From: a virus
Lineage: Duplodnaviria > Caudoviricetes
DNA length: 62,236 bases
Strand: one strand, 5' to 3'
Virus record (IMG/VR): IMGVR_UViG_3300032237_000390
Location: 1 to 62,236 of that record
The notes beneath the pieces are model-generated. The model saw only the letters and a list, made by a program, of their open reading frames with translations, was not told the origin of the DNA and did not search any database. A program made the position numbers and the translations under genes. Positions 18,435 through 29,000 of this stretch are shown here, in pieces. The first letter of the stretch is position 1, and every line of letters begins with the position of its first letter.

Positions 18435-20866
18435 AAGATATAGTAGTTAATATATCAGCTACCGGATTTCCGGGGCAATTTGTTTCAGATAGTGAAAAAG
18501 CTACTGATGCATTTGGACTTCAAGTGGGTCAAGCTATACAATACGAATGGTTTAGAAAAGATGGTAACCAATGTCGCTATTATAGTCAATGGAGAGATTT
18601 TAACAGATTGCGTTTATATGCAAGAGGTGAGCAGTCTGTAGAAAAATATAAGAATGAACTTGCTGTAGATGGCGACTTGTCATATTTAAATTTAGATTGG
18701 ACTCCCGTACCTATCCTTCCAAAGTTTGTTGATGTGGTTGTTAATGGAATGTCTGATAGACTTTTTAAGGTTAAGACTTATGCACAAGATGCAATGTCTC
18801 AATCTAAGAGAAGCAAGTATCAGGATATGATAGAGGGTCAAATGGCTGCTAAGGATGTTCTGACTACCATACAAGAGTCTACAGGAGTTAATCCGTTTAT
18901 GATGGACCCTGAAGAATTGCCTGAAACAGATGAAGAGTTGTCTTTATATATGCAGTTAAACTACAAGCCTGCAATAGAGATTGCTGAAGAAGAAGCTATT
19001 AATACAATATTTGACGAGAATCATTATCAAGATACAAGGAAACGAATTGACTACGACTTAACCGTTATTGGAATTGGTGTTGCTAAACACGAGTTTCTTC
19101 CCGGAGCAGGAGTTCAAGTGTCTTACGTAGACCCTGCTAATATAGTATACAGCTATACCGAAGACCCGTTCTTTACTGATTGTTTTTATTGGGGAGAGAT
19201 AAAGACTCTTCCTGTAACTGAGTTAATGAAGATTGACCCAACACTTACACGTGAGCAGTTGGAGGAAATATCAATGTATAGTCAAAGTTGGTACAACTAC
19301 TATAATGTTGCTCGTTTTTATGAGAACAGTTTATTCTATAGAGATACCTGCACGTTGTTATACTTTAATTATAAGACCACAAAGAAAATGGTCTATAAGA
19401 AAAAGATTCTTGAAAATGGTGGAACTCGTGTAATTGAAAAAGATGAAAACTTTAATCCTCCTACTGAAATGATGGAAGAGGGTAAGTTTGAAAAGATAGA
19501 AAAGACTATTGATGTATGGTATGACGGGATAATGGTTATGGGAACAAACATTATTCTTAAGTGGGAGATGGCTGAAAACATGGTTAGACCAAAGTCAACA
19601 TCTCAACACGCATTGCCAAACTATGTTGCAGTAGCACCACGTATGTATAAGGGTGTTATTGAATCATTGGTTAGAAGGATGATTCCTTTTGCTGATTTAA
19701 TTCAGTTAACACACTTAAAGCTTCAACAAGTTATTGCTCGTACTGTACCTGATGGTGTGTTTATTGATGCTGATGGTCTTAATGAGGTTGATTTAGGAAC
19801 AGGTAATGCATATAACCCTGAAGATGCTTTGCGTCTTTATTTTCAAACGGGTAGTGTTATTGGACGTAGTTATACTCAAGATGGTGAGTTCAATAATGCA
19901 AGAGTTCCTATTCAGCAGCTCACGTCAAATTCAGGGGCAAGTAAGACTCAAATGCTTATAGCCAATTACAATCATTACATGGATATGATTAGGTCTGTAA
20001 CAGGACTTAATGAGGCAAGGGACGGTTCTACACCTGACCCTAATTCTTTGGTTGGCGTTCAAAAACTTGCAGCATTAAATTCAAATACAGCTACTCGTCA
20101 TATTCTTGAGGGAGGTCTTTATATATACAGGTCATTAGCTGAGGCTTTAACGTATAGGGTTGCAGATATATTAGAATATGCTGACTTTAAAGATGATTTT
20201 GCAAATAAGATTGGAAAATATAACGTATCAATACTTAATGATATTAGCGATTTATATATATATGACTTTGGTATTTTTATAGAAATATCTCCTGATGAAG
20301 AACAAAAAGCTCAGCTTGAAGCAAACATTCAGATGGCATTGTCTAAGGGTGATATTAACCTTGAGGATGCTATTGATATACGTGAGATTAAGAACATCAA
20401 ACTCGCAAACCAACTTCTTAAAATGAAACGTATTAAGAAGCAGGACAGGGAAGAGAAGATGGCAATGCAACAACAGGCTATGATTTCTCAGCAACAATTA
20501 AAATCTCAAGAGTTAGCAGGTCAAGTTGCTATGCAAAAAATACAAGCAGAAACTCAATCTAAGATGCAAATAAAACAAGCTGAAGCAGCATTTGATATTG
20601 AGAAGATGAAGAATGAAGCTGACTTCAAAAGAATGTTAATGGCAGAAGAGTTTAATTATAATATGCGACTTGCGGGAATTGAACAGTCTGCTGTTAATTC
20701 AAGAGATGATATGAAAGAAAAGTCAAAAGCTAAACGCATTAGTCAACAAAATACAGAACAATCAAAGCTTATAAATCAGAGAAAAAATAATCTTCCTCCA
20801 ATGAAATTTGAATCAAACGAGGACAGCTTAGATGGCTTTGATATGGCTGAATTTGAACCTCGATAA
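18431..20866 (+). CDS. Portal protein
   Basis: 811 aa after terL; Q-rich coiled-coil C-terminus as in P22/crAss-type portals. Confidence 0.85.
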   Translation: MKDIVVNISATGFPGQFVSDSEKATDAFGLQVGQAIQYEWFRKDGNQCRYYSQWRDFNRLRLYARGEQSVEKYKNELAVDGDLSYLNLDWTPVPILPKFVDVVVNGMSDRLFKVKTYAQDAMSQSKRSKYQDMIEGQMAAKDVLTTIQESTGVNPFMMDPEELPETDEELSLYMQLNYKPAIEIAEEEAINTIFDENHYQDTRKRIDYDLTVIGIGVAKHEFLPGAGVQVSYVDPANIVYSYTEDPFFTDCFYWGEIKTLPVTELMKIDPTLTREQLEEISMYSQSWYNYYNVARFYENSLFYRDTCTLLYFNYKTTKKMVYKKKILENGGTRVIEKDENFNPPTEMMEEGKFEKIEKTIDVWYDGIMVMGTNIILKWEMAENMVRPKSTSQHALPNYVAVAPRMYKGVIESLVRRMIPFADLIQLTHLKLQQVIARTVPDGVFIDADGLNEVDLGTGNAYNPEDALRLYFQTGSVIGRSYTQDGEFNNARVPIQQLTSNSGASKTQMLIANYNHYMDMIRSVTGLNEARDGSTPDPNSLVGVQKLAALNSNTATRHILEGGLYIYRSLAEALTYRVADILEYADFKDDFANKIGKYNVSILNDISDLYIYDFGIFIEISPDEEQKAQLEANIQMALSKGDINLEDAIDIREIKNIKLANQLLKMKRIKKQDREEKMAMQQQAMISQQQLKSQELAGQVAMQKIQAETQSKMQIKQAEAAFDIEKMKNEADFKRMLMAEEFNYNMRLAGIEQSAVNSRDDMKEKSKAKRISQQNTEQSKLINQRKNNLPPMKFESNEDSLDGFDMAEFEPR

Positions 20867-20885
20867 AAGTTAATTATTTTTTGTA

Positions 20886-20893
20886 TAAATTTG
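20886..20893 (+). promoter_or_regulatory. Bacteroidota-type -7 box
   Basis: TAAATTTG upstream of ATG 20915. Confidence 0.55.
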
Positions 20894-20914
20894 TAATAAA
20901 TTAAATTCAATCTA

Positions 20915-21988
20915 ATGGAGATTAAAGTAAGAGCAATAGAAACAATCGAACCCAAAAGTGTTCAAGAAGTAGAAAAAGAACTACTCCAAAAGCATGATGA
21001 GGAGATAAATAGTGTACAAGAATCTGTACAAGAAATTGTACAAGAACCTGTAGAAGAAGAGTTAAGTGAAGAAAAAGTTCTTTCATATATTGGTAAGAGA
21101 TATAATAAGCAAATTAATTCATTTGATGAATTGGTAGCCGAACGTCAAGAAAGCGAACCGCTTCCGGAAGACGTGGCTGCTTATATGAAATATAAAAAGG
21201 AGACAGGACGTGGATTTGAAGACTTCCTCAAGTTGAAGAAGGATTTTGAAACTATGGACCCTGACAATCTTCTTAAAGAATATCTTGCTATTACCCAAGT
21301 CGGACTTGACGAAGACGACATTGATTCTTTGATGGATGATTACAGGTACGATGAGGACCTTGATGATGAATCAAAAATTAAGAAGGTTAAAATAGCAAAG
21401 AAGAAAGTTATTGCTGAAGCTAAAAGGTTCTTTACTGAACAGAAGGAGAAATACAAACTACCTCTTGAGTCAAGTGGGTTAGGAGTTTCTCAAGAAGAGA
21501 AAGCAGAATTTGAAGCTTATAAGCAATATACTCAACAGGCAAAGACTATGCAGGAGGAAAATGACCGAAAGCGTAAGTGGTTTGACCAAAAGTCCGAAGA
21601 GGTCTTTAGTAAAGACTTTAAAGGTTTTGAGTTTAACATTAACGACAAGAAGATTTCTTTTACTCCCGGTGATGCTACTGAACTTAAAAAGATCCAATCA
21701 AATCCAATGAACTTTATTAATAAGTTTTTGGATGAAAGTGGTCTTATGAAAGATGCAGCAGGATACCATAAATCTTTGTCAGTAGCAATGAATCCTGAAA
21801 AATTTGCCAAGTTCTTTTATGAACAAGGATTGGCAGATGCAACCGAAGATGTAATGCGTAAGACAAAAAATATAAATATGTCTGAACGTAGAGCACCTGA
21901 AGCTGTGAATAAAGGAGGTATGCAAGTAAAAGCGGTAAATCAAGACTCAGGAAGAGGCTTGCAAATCCGTAGTATTAAAAAAGTTTAA
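20915..21988 (+). CDS. Putative capsid scaffolding protein
   Basis: Acidic and helical; lies between portal and capsid genes. Confidence 0.7.
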   Translation: MEIKVRAIETIEPKSVQEVEKELLQKHDEEINSVQESVQEIVQEPVEEELSEEKVLSYIGKRYNKQINSFDELVAERQESEPLPEDVAAYMKYKKETGRGFEDFLKLKKDFETMDPDNLLKEYLAITQVGLDEDDIDSLMDDYRYDEDLDDESKIKKVKIAKKKVIAEAKRFFTEQKEKYKLPLESSGLGVSQEEKAEFEAYKQYTQQAKTMQEENDRKRKWFDQKSEEVFSKDFKGFEFNINDKKISFTPGDATELKKIQSNPMNFINKFLDESGLMKDAAGYHKSLSVAMNPEKFAKFFYEQGLADATEDVMRKTKNINMSERRAPEAVNKGGMQVKAVNQDSGRGLQIRSIKKV

Positions 21989-22008
21989 CAATTTAAAAAA
22001 CAAAAAAA

Positions 22009-23430
22009 ATGGCAGTTTTAACAAGTCCGGGTTATCAGCTTCAGCCAAGTGCGGAGCAGGTCCCATTGTCAACTAACTATATTACCAACTTCAACTTCTT
22101 GAATCAGTATCTTCCTGATACTTATGAAAAAGAATTTGAGCGTTATGGTAATCGTACTGTAGCATCTTTCCTTCGTATGGTAGGTGCTGAAATGCCTTCT
22201 AACTCTGATATGGTTAAATGGGCAGAGCAAGGTCGTCTTCACACAAAATATGTAAACTGTGATTCTTCGGCTTCTGCTGCTGCTGATTCAGCTACAATCA
22301 CTGTTGCTGATTCAGGTGTTACAGCTATTGCAATTCGTGCAGGTCAAACTGTTTTTATTTCTGACAACGCAACAGGATTGTCAAATAAAGGCATTGTAAC
22401 CGCTGTAAACGTTTCTGCAAATACATTTGATGTTGCTTACTACGAAGGTGGTGGTCAAACATTCTCAGGTACAGCAGTACTATCAGTTTGGGTATATGGT
22501 TCTGAGTTTAAAAAAGGAACTGTAGGAATGATTGGTTCTCTTGAAGCTCAAGACGAATTCTTTTCTAACTCTCCAATCATCATCAAGGACAAATACGCTG
22601 TAAGCGGTTCTGATATGGCTCAAATTGGATGGGTTGAAATCACAACTGAGAACGGTGCTACAGGATACCTTTGGTATCTAAAGAGTGAACACGAAACTCG
22701 TCTTCGTTTTGAAGATTATCTTGAGACTGCAATGATTGAAGCCGTTCCTGCTGAAACAGGTTCAGGTGTTGCTAACGCATCTCTTAACCCAACCTATGGT
22801 AATAAAGGTTCAGAAGGTATCTTCTACACCGTAAATGACCGTGGTAACGTTTGGGGTGGTGGTAACCCAACAACATTGCAAGATTTTGATGCAATCATTT
22901 CTCGTCTTGACAAGCAAGGTTCTATCGAAGAGAACGTAATCTTCGTTAATCGTGCTTTCAGTTTTGACATTGATGATATGCTTGCTTCTCAAAACAGCTA
23001 TGGTGCAGGTGGTACATCTTATGGATTGTTCCAAAATGACAAAGAGATGGCTCTTAACCTTGGATTCACAGGATTCCGCAGAGGTTATGACTTCTATAAG
23101 TCTGATTGGAAATACCTAAATGACCCAACTATGCGTGGTGGTTTACCTACAGGTGGAACTGCTTCAGGTACTGTAACAGGTCTTTTGGTTCCTGCAGGTT
23201 CAACAACCGTGTATGACCAAATCCTTGGTAAGAACGCTAAGCGTCCTTTCTTGCATGTTAGATACCGTGCTTCTGAAACAGAAGATAGAAGGTACAAGAC
23301 TTGGATTACAGGTTCTGCAGGTGGGGCTCAAACAAGCGACCTCGATGCAATGGAGGTTAACTTCCTTTCTGAGCGTTGCGTATGTACCCTTGGTGCAAAC
23401 AACTTCGTATTGTTCCGTTACGGGTCTTAA
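22009..23430 (+). CDS. Major capsid protein
   Basis: Position and size (473 aa); strongly biased codons (CGT/GGT/AAC); followed by a terminator. Confidence 0.85.
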   Translation: MAVLTSPGYQLQPSAEQVPLSTNYITNFNFLNQYLPDTYEKEFERYGNRTVASFLRMVGAEMPSNSDMVKWAEQGRLHTKYVNCDSSASAAADSATITVADSGVTAIAIRAGQTVFISDNATGLSNKGIVTAVNVSANTFDVAYYEGGGQTFSGTAVLSVWVYGSEFKKGTVGMIGSLEAQDEFFSNSPIIIKDKYAVSGSDMAQIGWVEITTENGATGYLWYLKSEHETRLRFEDYLETAMIEAVPAETGSGVANASLNPTYGNKGSEGIFYTVNDRGNVWGGGNPTTLQDFDAIISRLDKQGSIEENVIFVNRAFSFDIDDMLASQNSYGAGGTSYGLFQNDKEMALNLGFTGFRRGYDFYKSDWKYLNDPTMRGGLPTGGTASGTVTGLLVPAGSTTVYDQILGKNAKRPFLHVRYRASETEDRRYKTWITGSAGGAQTSDLDAMEVNFLSERCVCTLGANNFVLFRYGS

Positions 23431-23447
23431 TCCGAAGTATTATATAT

Positions 23448-23485
23448 AGGGCGGGGTGTCTTCAAAGACACTCCCCCTTATTTTT
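23448..23485 (+). terminator. Intrinsic terminator built around 16-bp element copy 3 (23456-23471)
   Basis: AGGGCGGG-GTGTCTTCAAAGACAC-TCCCCCT-TATTTTT. Confidence 0.7.
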
Positions 23486-23506
23486 AATTAAATTAAATTA
23501 TATTAA

Positions 23507-24253
23507 ATGAAAAAGAATTTAACGTCATCAGATAAGATATATAAACTTAAAGGAGAGGCAGCACCATTGTCTTACACTTTACCATCGAGAAATAATAGAA
23601 GATACCCTCTTCTATGGTTTGATGAAGAAAATAATGTCAATAGACCTCTTAGATATGCTATAAATCAAAAGAGTCCCTTTGAAGATGAGCAGGACGGAAA
23701 CTTTATAGTAGAACCTATTATATTTGAAAACGGTTTCCTTAGTGTCCCAAAAACAAACCCTGTTTTGCAGCAGTTTCTTCATTATCATCCTTTAAATGGA
23801 AGGACATTTGTTCAGGTTGATTATGAAAAAGATGCAGCCGAAGAAGTAGAAAGTTTAAGTGCTGAAGTAGATGCATTGGTTGAAGCTCGTCAACTCAGTA
23901 TAGAACAACTTGAAAATGTATCAAGGGTTCTATTTGGAAAAGACCCATCAAGGTATACCACTGCTGAGCTAAAAAGAGATGTTCTTATTTATGCTAAAAA
24001 AGACCCAAAAGGGTTTATTAATATGCTAAATGACCCAATGCTTAAGGTTCAGTCAAATGTTCACATGTTCTTTGAAAATAAATTATTGACATTTAGGAAT
24101 GGCAGAAAAGAAGTTTGGTTTAATACAGCTTCAAATAAGAAGAAAATGCTTACGGTACCATACGGGGAAGAACCTTATTTTAGTGTGGCTCAATTCTTAA
24201 AAACTGATGAAGGTATTGATGCTTTAAAAATGCTTGAAAATAGCCTATCTTAG
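23507..24253 (+). CDS. Hypothetical protein in the head module
   Basis: ORF track. Confidence 0.75.
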   Translation: MKKNLTSSDKIYKLKGEAAPLSYTLPSRNNRRYPLLWFDEENNVNRPLRYAINQKSPFEDEQDGNFIVEPIIFENGFLSVPKTNPVLQQFLHYHPLNGRTFVQVDYEKDAAEEVESLSAEVDALVEARQLSIEQLENVSRVLFGKDPSRYTTAELKRDVLIYAKKDPKGFINMLNDPMLKVQSNVHMFFENKLLTFRNGRKEVWFNTASNKKKMLTVPYGEEPYFSVAQFLKTDEGIDALKMLENSLS

Positions 24254-24280
24254 ATTATGTAGACTCATGTTTTAAATTTC

Positions 24281-24310
24281 GGGGGGTACTTCTGTACCCT
24301 CCTTTTTTTT
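24281..24310 (+). terminator. Intrinsic terminator
   Basis: GGGGGGTAC-TTCT-GTACCCTCC followed by T8. Confidence 0.85.
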
Positions 24311-24313
24311 ATT

Positions 24314-24321
24314 TATCTTTG
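24314..24321 (+). promoter_or_regulatory. Bacteroidota-type -7 box
   Basis: TATCTTTG upstream of ATG 24336. Confidence 0.55.
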
Positions 24322-24335
24322 TAAAAAGTGCACAG

Positions 24336-25094
24336 ATGATTAACTCAGTTAGAAATACCGTTTTGTCTGTTATAAATAAAAATAACTATGGATATATATC
24401 TCCATCAGATTTTAATTTGTATTCAAAACAAGCACAGATGGAATTGTACGAGGAGTACTATTCTCAGTTTAATAAAGTATTAAATATGGAGAATGCTCGT
24501 ATGTCGGGTACTTCATACGCTAATTTATCAAAAACAATTAGAGAAGTAATAGAATATTTTTCAGTAACATCTTCTTTGCCACAAGTATCTGCAGGAACAA
24601 ATAGGTATTATTTGCCTTCCTTAACAACAACAGGATACGATTATTATATGATTAATAAAATACTCTGTTATGACGCATCGGGAATGACAAGAGTATATAA
24701 AGGAGAAGCTGAAAAAGTTAATCATAGTTATATTACTATGTTAAACACTTCATTGCTTACATCTCCAACAGAAACTTATCCTGCGTATATACAAGAAGGT
24801 GATGTGATGACTGTTTATCCATCAACTATTAATCTTCCTAACGAAATAGACGCTCAATATTTTAGGTATCCTAAAGACCCTAAATGGACATATATAACTC
24901 TTATTAATGGTGAGCCATCATTTGACCAATCTCAACCCGACTATCAAGATTTTGAATTACCTAATGAAGATGAATATAAGTTAGCTGTAAAAATATTGCA
25001 ATATTGTGGTATATCTATAAGGGAAGCGGAAGTAACTCAATTTGGAATGGCACAAGAACAACACGAACAACCAACATTTAGTCAGCAACAATAA
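24336..25094 (+). CDS. Putative head-tail ring/tail tubular protein
   Basis: Size and position between capsid and the large tail gene. Confidence 0.6.
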   Translation: MINSVRNTVLSVINKNNYGYISPSDFNLYSKQAQMELYEEYYSQFNKVLNMENARMSGTSYANLSKTIREVIEYFSVTSSLPQVSAGTNRYYLPSLTTTGYDYYMINKILCYDASGMTRVYKGEAEKVNHSYITMLNTSLLTSPTETYPAYIQEGDVMTVYPSTINLPNEIDAQYFRYPKDPKWTYITLINGEPSFDQSQPDYQDFELPNEDEYKLAVKILQYCGISIREAEVTQFGMAQEQHEQPTFSQQQ

Positions 25095-25100
25095 TAAGTT

Positions 25101-26024
25101 ATGGCATACATTTCTCAGTTTGAATATTACACAAATAATGGAACTAATCCTGAAAATAAAAATTGGGGTTCTTATCAATATGTTAGCCTATACGATATAG
25201 TAAATAATTTCTTGTTAATGTATTCGGGCAATCACTCGTTAGTAAATAACGAGGAGCGTTACAAAATATTATTTCACGCAAAACGTGCGATACAAGAATT
25301 AAATTATGATGCCTTTAAAGAAATAAAAGTATTAGAGCTTACGGTTGATGACGGGCTTAGATATATTTTACCTCCTGATTTTGTAAATTGGGTTAGGGTT
25401 AACCTTTACAAAGATGGCTATTTAAGACCACTTACAGAAAACATTCAGGTTCTTTCGTCAACAGCATACCTACAAGACCAACAAGGCAAAATACTTTTTG
25501 ACCAAGATGGCAATGTGCTTCAACCTGAATTTTCTGAAATTGACTATGACAGACTTAGGGGAACTAAGAAAAGCATATATTTAAATCCACAAAGTAGGTA
25601 TGATGGTCAATTTGGATGGGAGGTTAATGGAGTTTGGTATTTTGACTATAGTCTTGGAGAAAGGTATGGGTTAAATACTGAAACAGCAAACTTTAATCCT
25701 ACGTTTAACATAGACAAAAAAGCAGGTGTTATTAATTTTAACTCTGATATGTATAATCAATCTGTAATACTTGAGTATATATCAGATGGTATGGAGAATG
25801 GTAATGATTCAAATGTATCGGTAAATAAGTTATTTGAGTCCTATATATATGCATATATACGATATGAAATACTTAACTCCAAGTTAGGTGTTCAGGAGTA
25901 TATAGTATCTCGTGCAAGAAAAGAAAGAGGTGCTTTGTTAAGAAATGCTAAAATAAGAATTAGTAACATACATCCGGGTAGGCTCTTAATGAATCTACGT
26001 GGTATGGATAAGTGGTTAAAATAA
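25101..26024 (+). CDS. Putative head-tail ring/tail tubular protein
   Basis: Position; ORF track. Confidence 0.6.
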   Translation: MAYISQFEYYTNNGTNPENKNWGSYQYVSLYDIVNNFLLMYSGNHSLVNNEERYKILFHAKRAIQELNYDAFKEIKVLELTVDDGLRYILPPDFVNWVRVNLYKDGYLRPLTENIQVLSSTAYLQDQQGKILFDQDGNVLQPEFSEIDYDRLRGTKKSIYLNPQSRYDGQFGWEVNGVWYFDYSLGERYGLNTETANFNPTFNIDKKAGVINFNSDMYNQSVILEYISDGMENGNDSNVSVNKLFESYIYAYIRYEILNSKLGVQEYIVSRARKERGALLRNAKIRISNIHPGRLLMNLRGMDKWLK

Positions 26025-26025
26025 T

Positions 26026-29000
26026 ATGGCAAATATCACAAGAAATTTTGTAGCAGGTAGAATGAATAAGGTTGTTGATGAACGACTTATTCCTAATGGA
26101 GAATATATTGATGCACTCAATATTCGTATGGGCTCTACCGAGAAATCTGAAATCGGTGTTATTGAAAATGCAAAAGGAAACCTTCCGCTTACTTCTTTAG
26201 CTTATATAGACGGAACTCCACTTAGTTCAAATGCTAAGTGTATAGGTGCCATAGAAGACAGTGCACACGAAACTATTTATTGGTTTATACACGATAAAAC
26301 TTTTCCTGTAGGTGCTACGGGAAAGCTTGACATGATTGTTTCTTTTAATGTGTATACAGGAATACTAACGTATCACGTTATTAGTGTTGATGATGGAAGT
26401 GGTGTAAATACTACTTTAAATTTTAATGAAAAATATCTTATAACAGGAGTTGATATAGTAGAAGATTTATTGTTTTTTACAGATGATTATAATGCTCCAA
26501 GGTTTATAAACATAAAAAGAAACTACGCAAATCCTGTTGGTAATATAGACCAATTTTCATCAGAGTCTTTACTTGTCATAAAACAACCTCCAATTGCAGC
26601 ACCTGCTATACAGCCTATAGTTACAGGAGGTCAAGATAATTTTATGCAGACAAGGTATATTTGTTTTGCTTATAGGTACAGGTATCAAGATAGCGAGTAC
26701 TCTGCAACTTCACAATTTTCTGCACCTGCATTTATACCAAAACCATTTGAGTTTAGCATTAATAGTTTTTTGAACGAGGGGATGGTTAACCTTGCAAACT
26801 CAACTATTATTACATATAATTCAGGTGGACCTCTTGTTGTAGGTATTGACCTTCTTTTTAAAGAAGCTCAAAATAATACAATAAGAGTTATTGAAAAGCT
26901 TAACAAGTCTATTCTTGGTCTTGCAGACAATACAGACTACACATACGTTTTTACAAATAGTAAGATATTTACAATACTTCCTGAATCTGAAATACTTAGA
27001 TTATACGACAACGTACCATTGTTTGCTAAGGCTCAAACTATGATGGGTAATAGACTTATGTATGGTAACTATGTTGAAGGATATGATTTAGTAGATAAAT
27101 TTGGTCAACCCGTAAGGTTTGAATATACCGCAAATTTGGTAACAGAATCAGTTGATACCACTCCTCTTGTTGACACAACGGGTACGGGTAGTTATAGTAT
27201 TAACGGAGCTCAAACAGTACCTAATGCAGTAATGTATTTTGATTTAACAGGTGCTGAATTAATAGCGGGTTCTTCAATTAGTGCTGAGATAAGACTTGAC
27301 CATGCTCAATTTACAGGGAATACACCATTTCCTACAGAAACAACAGAAAATGTTAATATAACTTTTTCGTTTATATTAAATAGAGATTATACATCTGTTT
27401 ATGATTTGGCTACAAGTGTAGAGTTTCAAGACGCTGTTGGAACAATAGGAAATATTAATCCCGTATATCCATTTACTCCGGGAGGCACTACACTAACCGA
27501 CCAATTAAATGATGCATTGCCATTAAATTTAGATGCATTAACAAAATATGCAAGTGGTATTAGTGCAAGTGGTCAACCTATAGCTATACTTACAAACCCT
27601 GCAAGTCAACTTATAGGTTTACAATTTATAGCAATGAGGTATGTAAATAGTACAACATCACCTACATTTAATGTATTTGAATATTACTCTGTTGTATTTG
27701 CAGAAGTTACATATCAAAAAATAAATTCACCAAGAAGTCTTCACAGTAATCGGGGGTATGAGATTGGTATTGTTTATATGGATGAATATAATAGAGCTTC
27801 AACTGCTTTGGTTAGTCCTAATAATACAGTATCTATACCTTGTGCTAATTCAAGTGTAAAAAATTCAATTCAAGTAACAATACCTCCAACACAAAGAGCA
27901 CCTTATTGGGCTAAGAGATATAAATTTGTTATTAAACCTGATGAAGAAAATTACGACACTATATATAGTAGTATATTTTTTAATGACCCATTGTCTAATG
28001 ATGCGTATTTTTTACTTGAAGGAGAAAATGCAAGAAAGGTTGAGCAGGGTGATAGGCTTATTGTAAAAGCTGATACAGGTGGTCCAACAACATCTTGCGT
28101 ATATGCAACCGTTCTTGAAAAGGAATCAAAGGCAGAAGGATTTATAGAGATACCAAGTGCCCTTGACCCTGCTGTAAACATACCCGTTCCATCAGGTGTA
28201 TATATGAAAATAAACCCAAGCAACTTTGCTGTTGTTCAGGATGAACTTTCTATTATAGCACCCGGAACTGTTCAAGTGGACCAAAATAATCCAAATGAAT
28301 ACCCCATACTTAGTTATGATATGAATAGGTATGATACAGCAACATCTGCTTGGGTTGATTACGATGTTCCTGCAGGTAGTAGGATAAAAATTAATTTTAA
28401 ATTTCAAAGACTTGGAACAGGCGATGGTAATAATGCTTGTGAAAAAAGAATATATACTTTAGAAAAAACATTAACATCTTCTGCGGATTATGCAAATATG
28501 CAAGATTGGTGGAATGGAGATAATGTTGAGAATGTAATTACAGAAGGTGTTGTAGATGTAGGTGCAGGCGGAGGTACAATAGACAATGAATATATATCTA
28601 CATTGGCATCTTCAAATACAGATATACCGACTGCTATAGGAACAAACTATTATAGGTTTTATAGAAATACGGCTACAAATCAATTGTCTTTATTATTGAC
28701 GGGTACAGTTAGATGTGGTGGTATAGCATCAGGGTCAAAACGAAGGTCTACTATTATTGCAACTGTTGAGGTATTTAGGGCTGAGACAACATTAATATTT
28801 GAGACTGAGCCGCAAGATGCATTACCTGACGTATTTTTTGAAAACAATTTATCACTTGCAATTGATGCAGATGGTAACCATAGTGGTAATATTCAAGACC
28901 AAGATATTGCATTGGGGACATCGGGTGTTATAGATACCGAGTTTTTTAACTGTTTTTGTTTTGGTAATGGAGCAGAAAGCTATAAGATAAGAGATTCAAT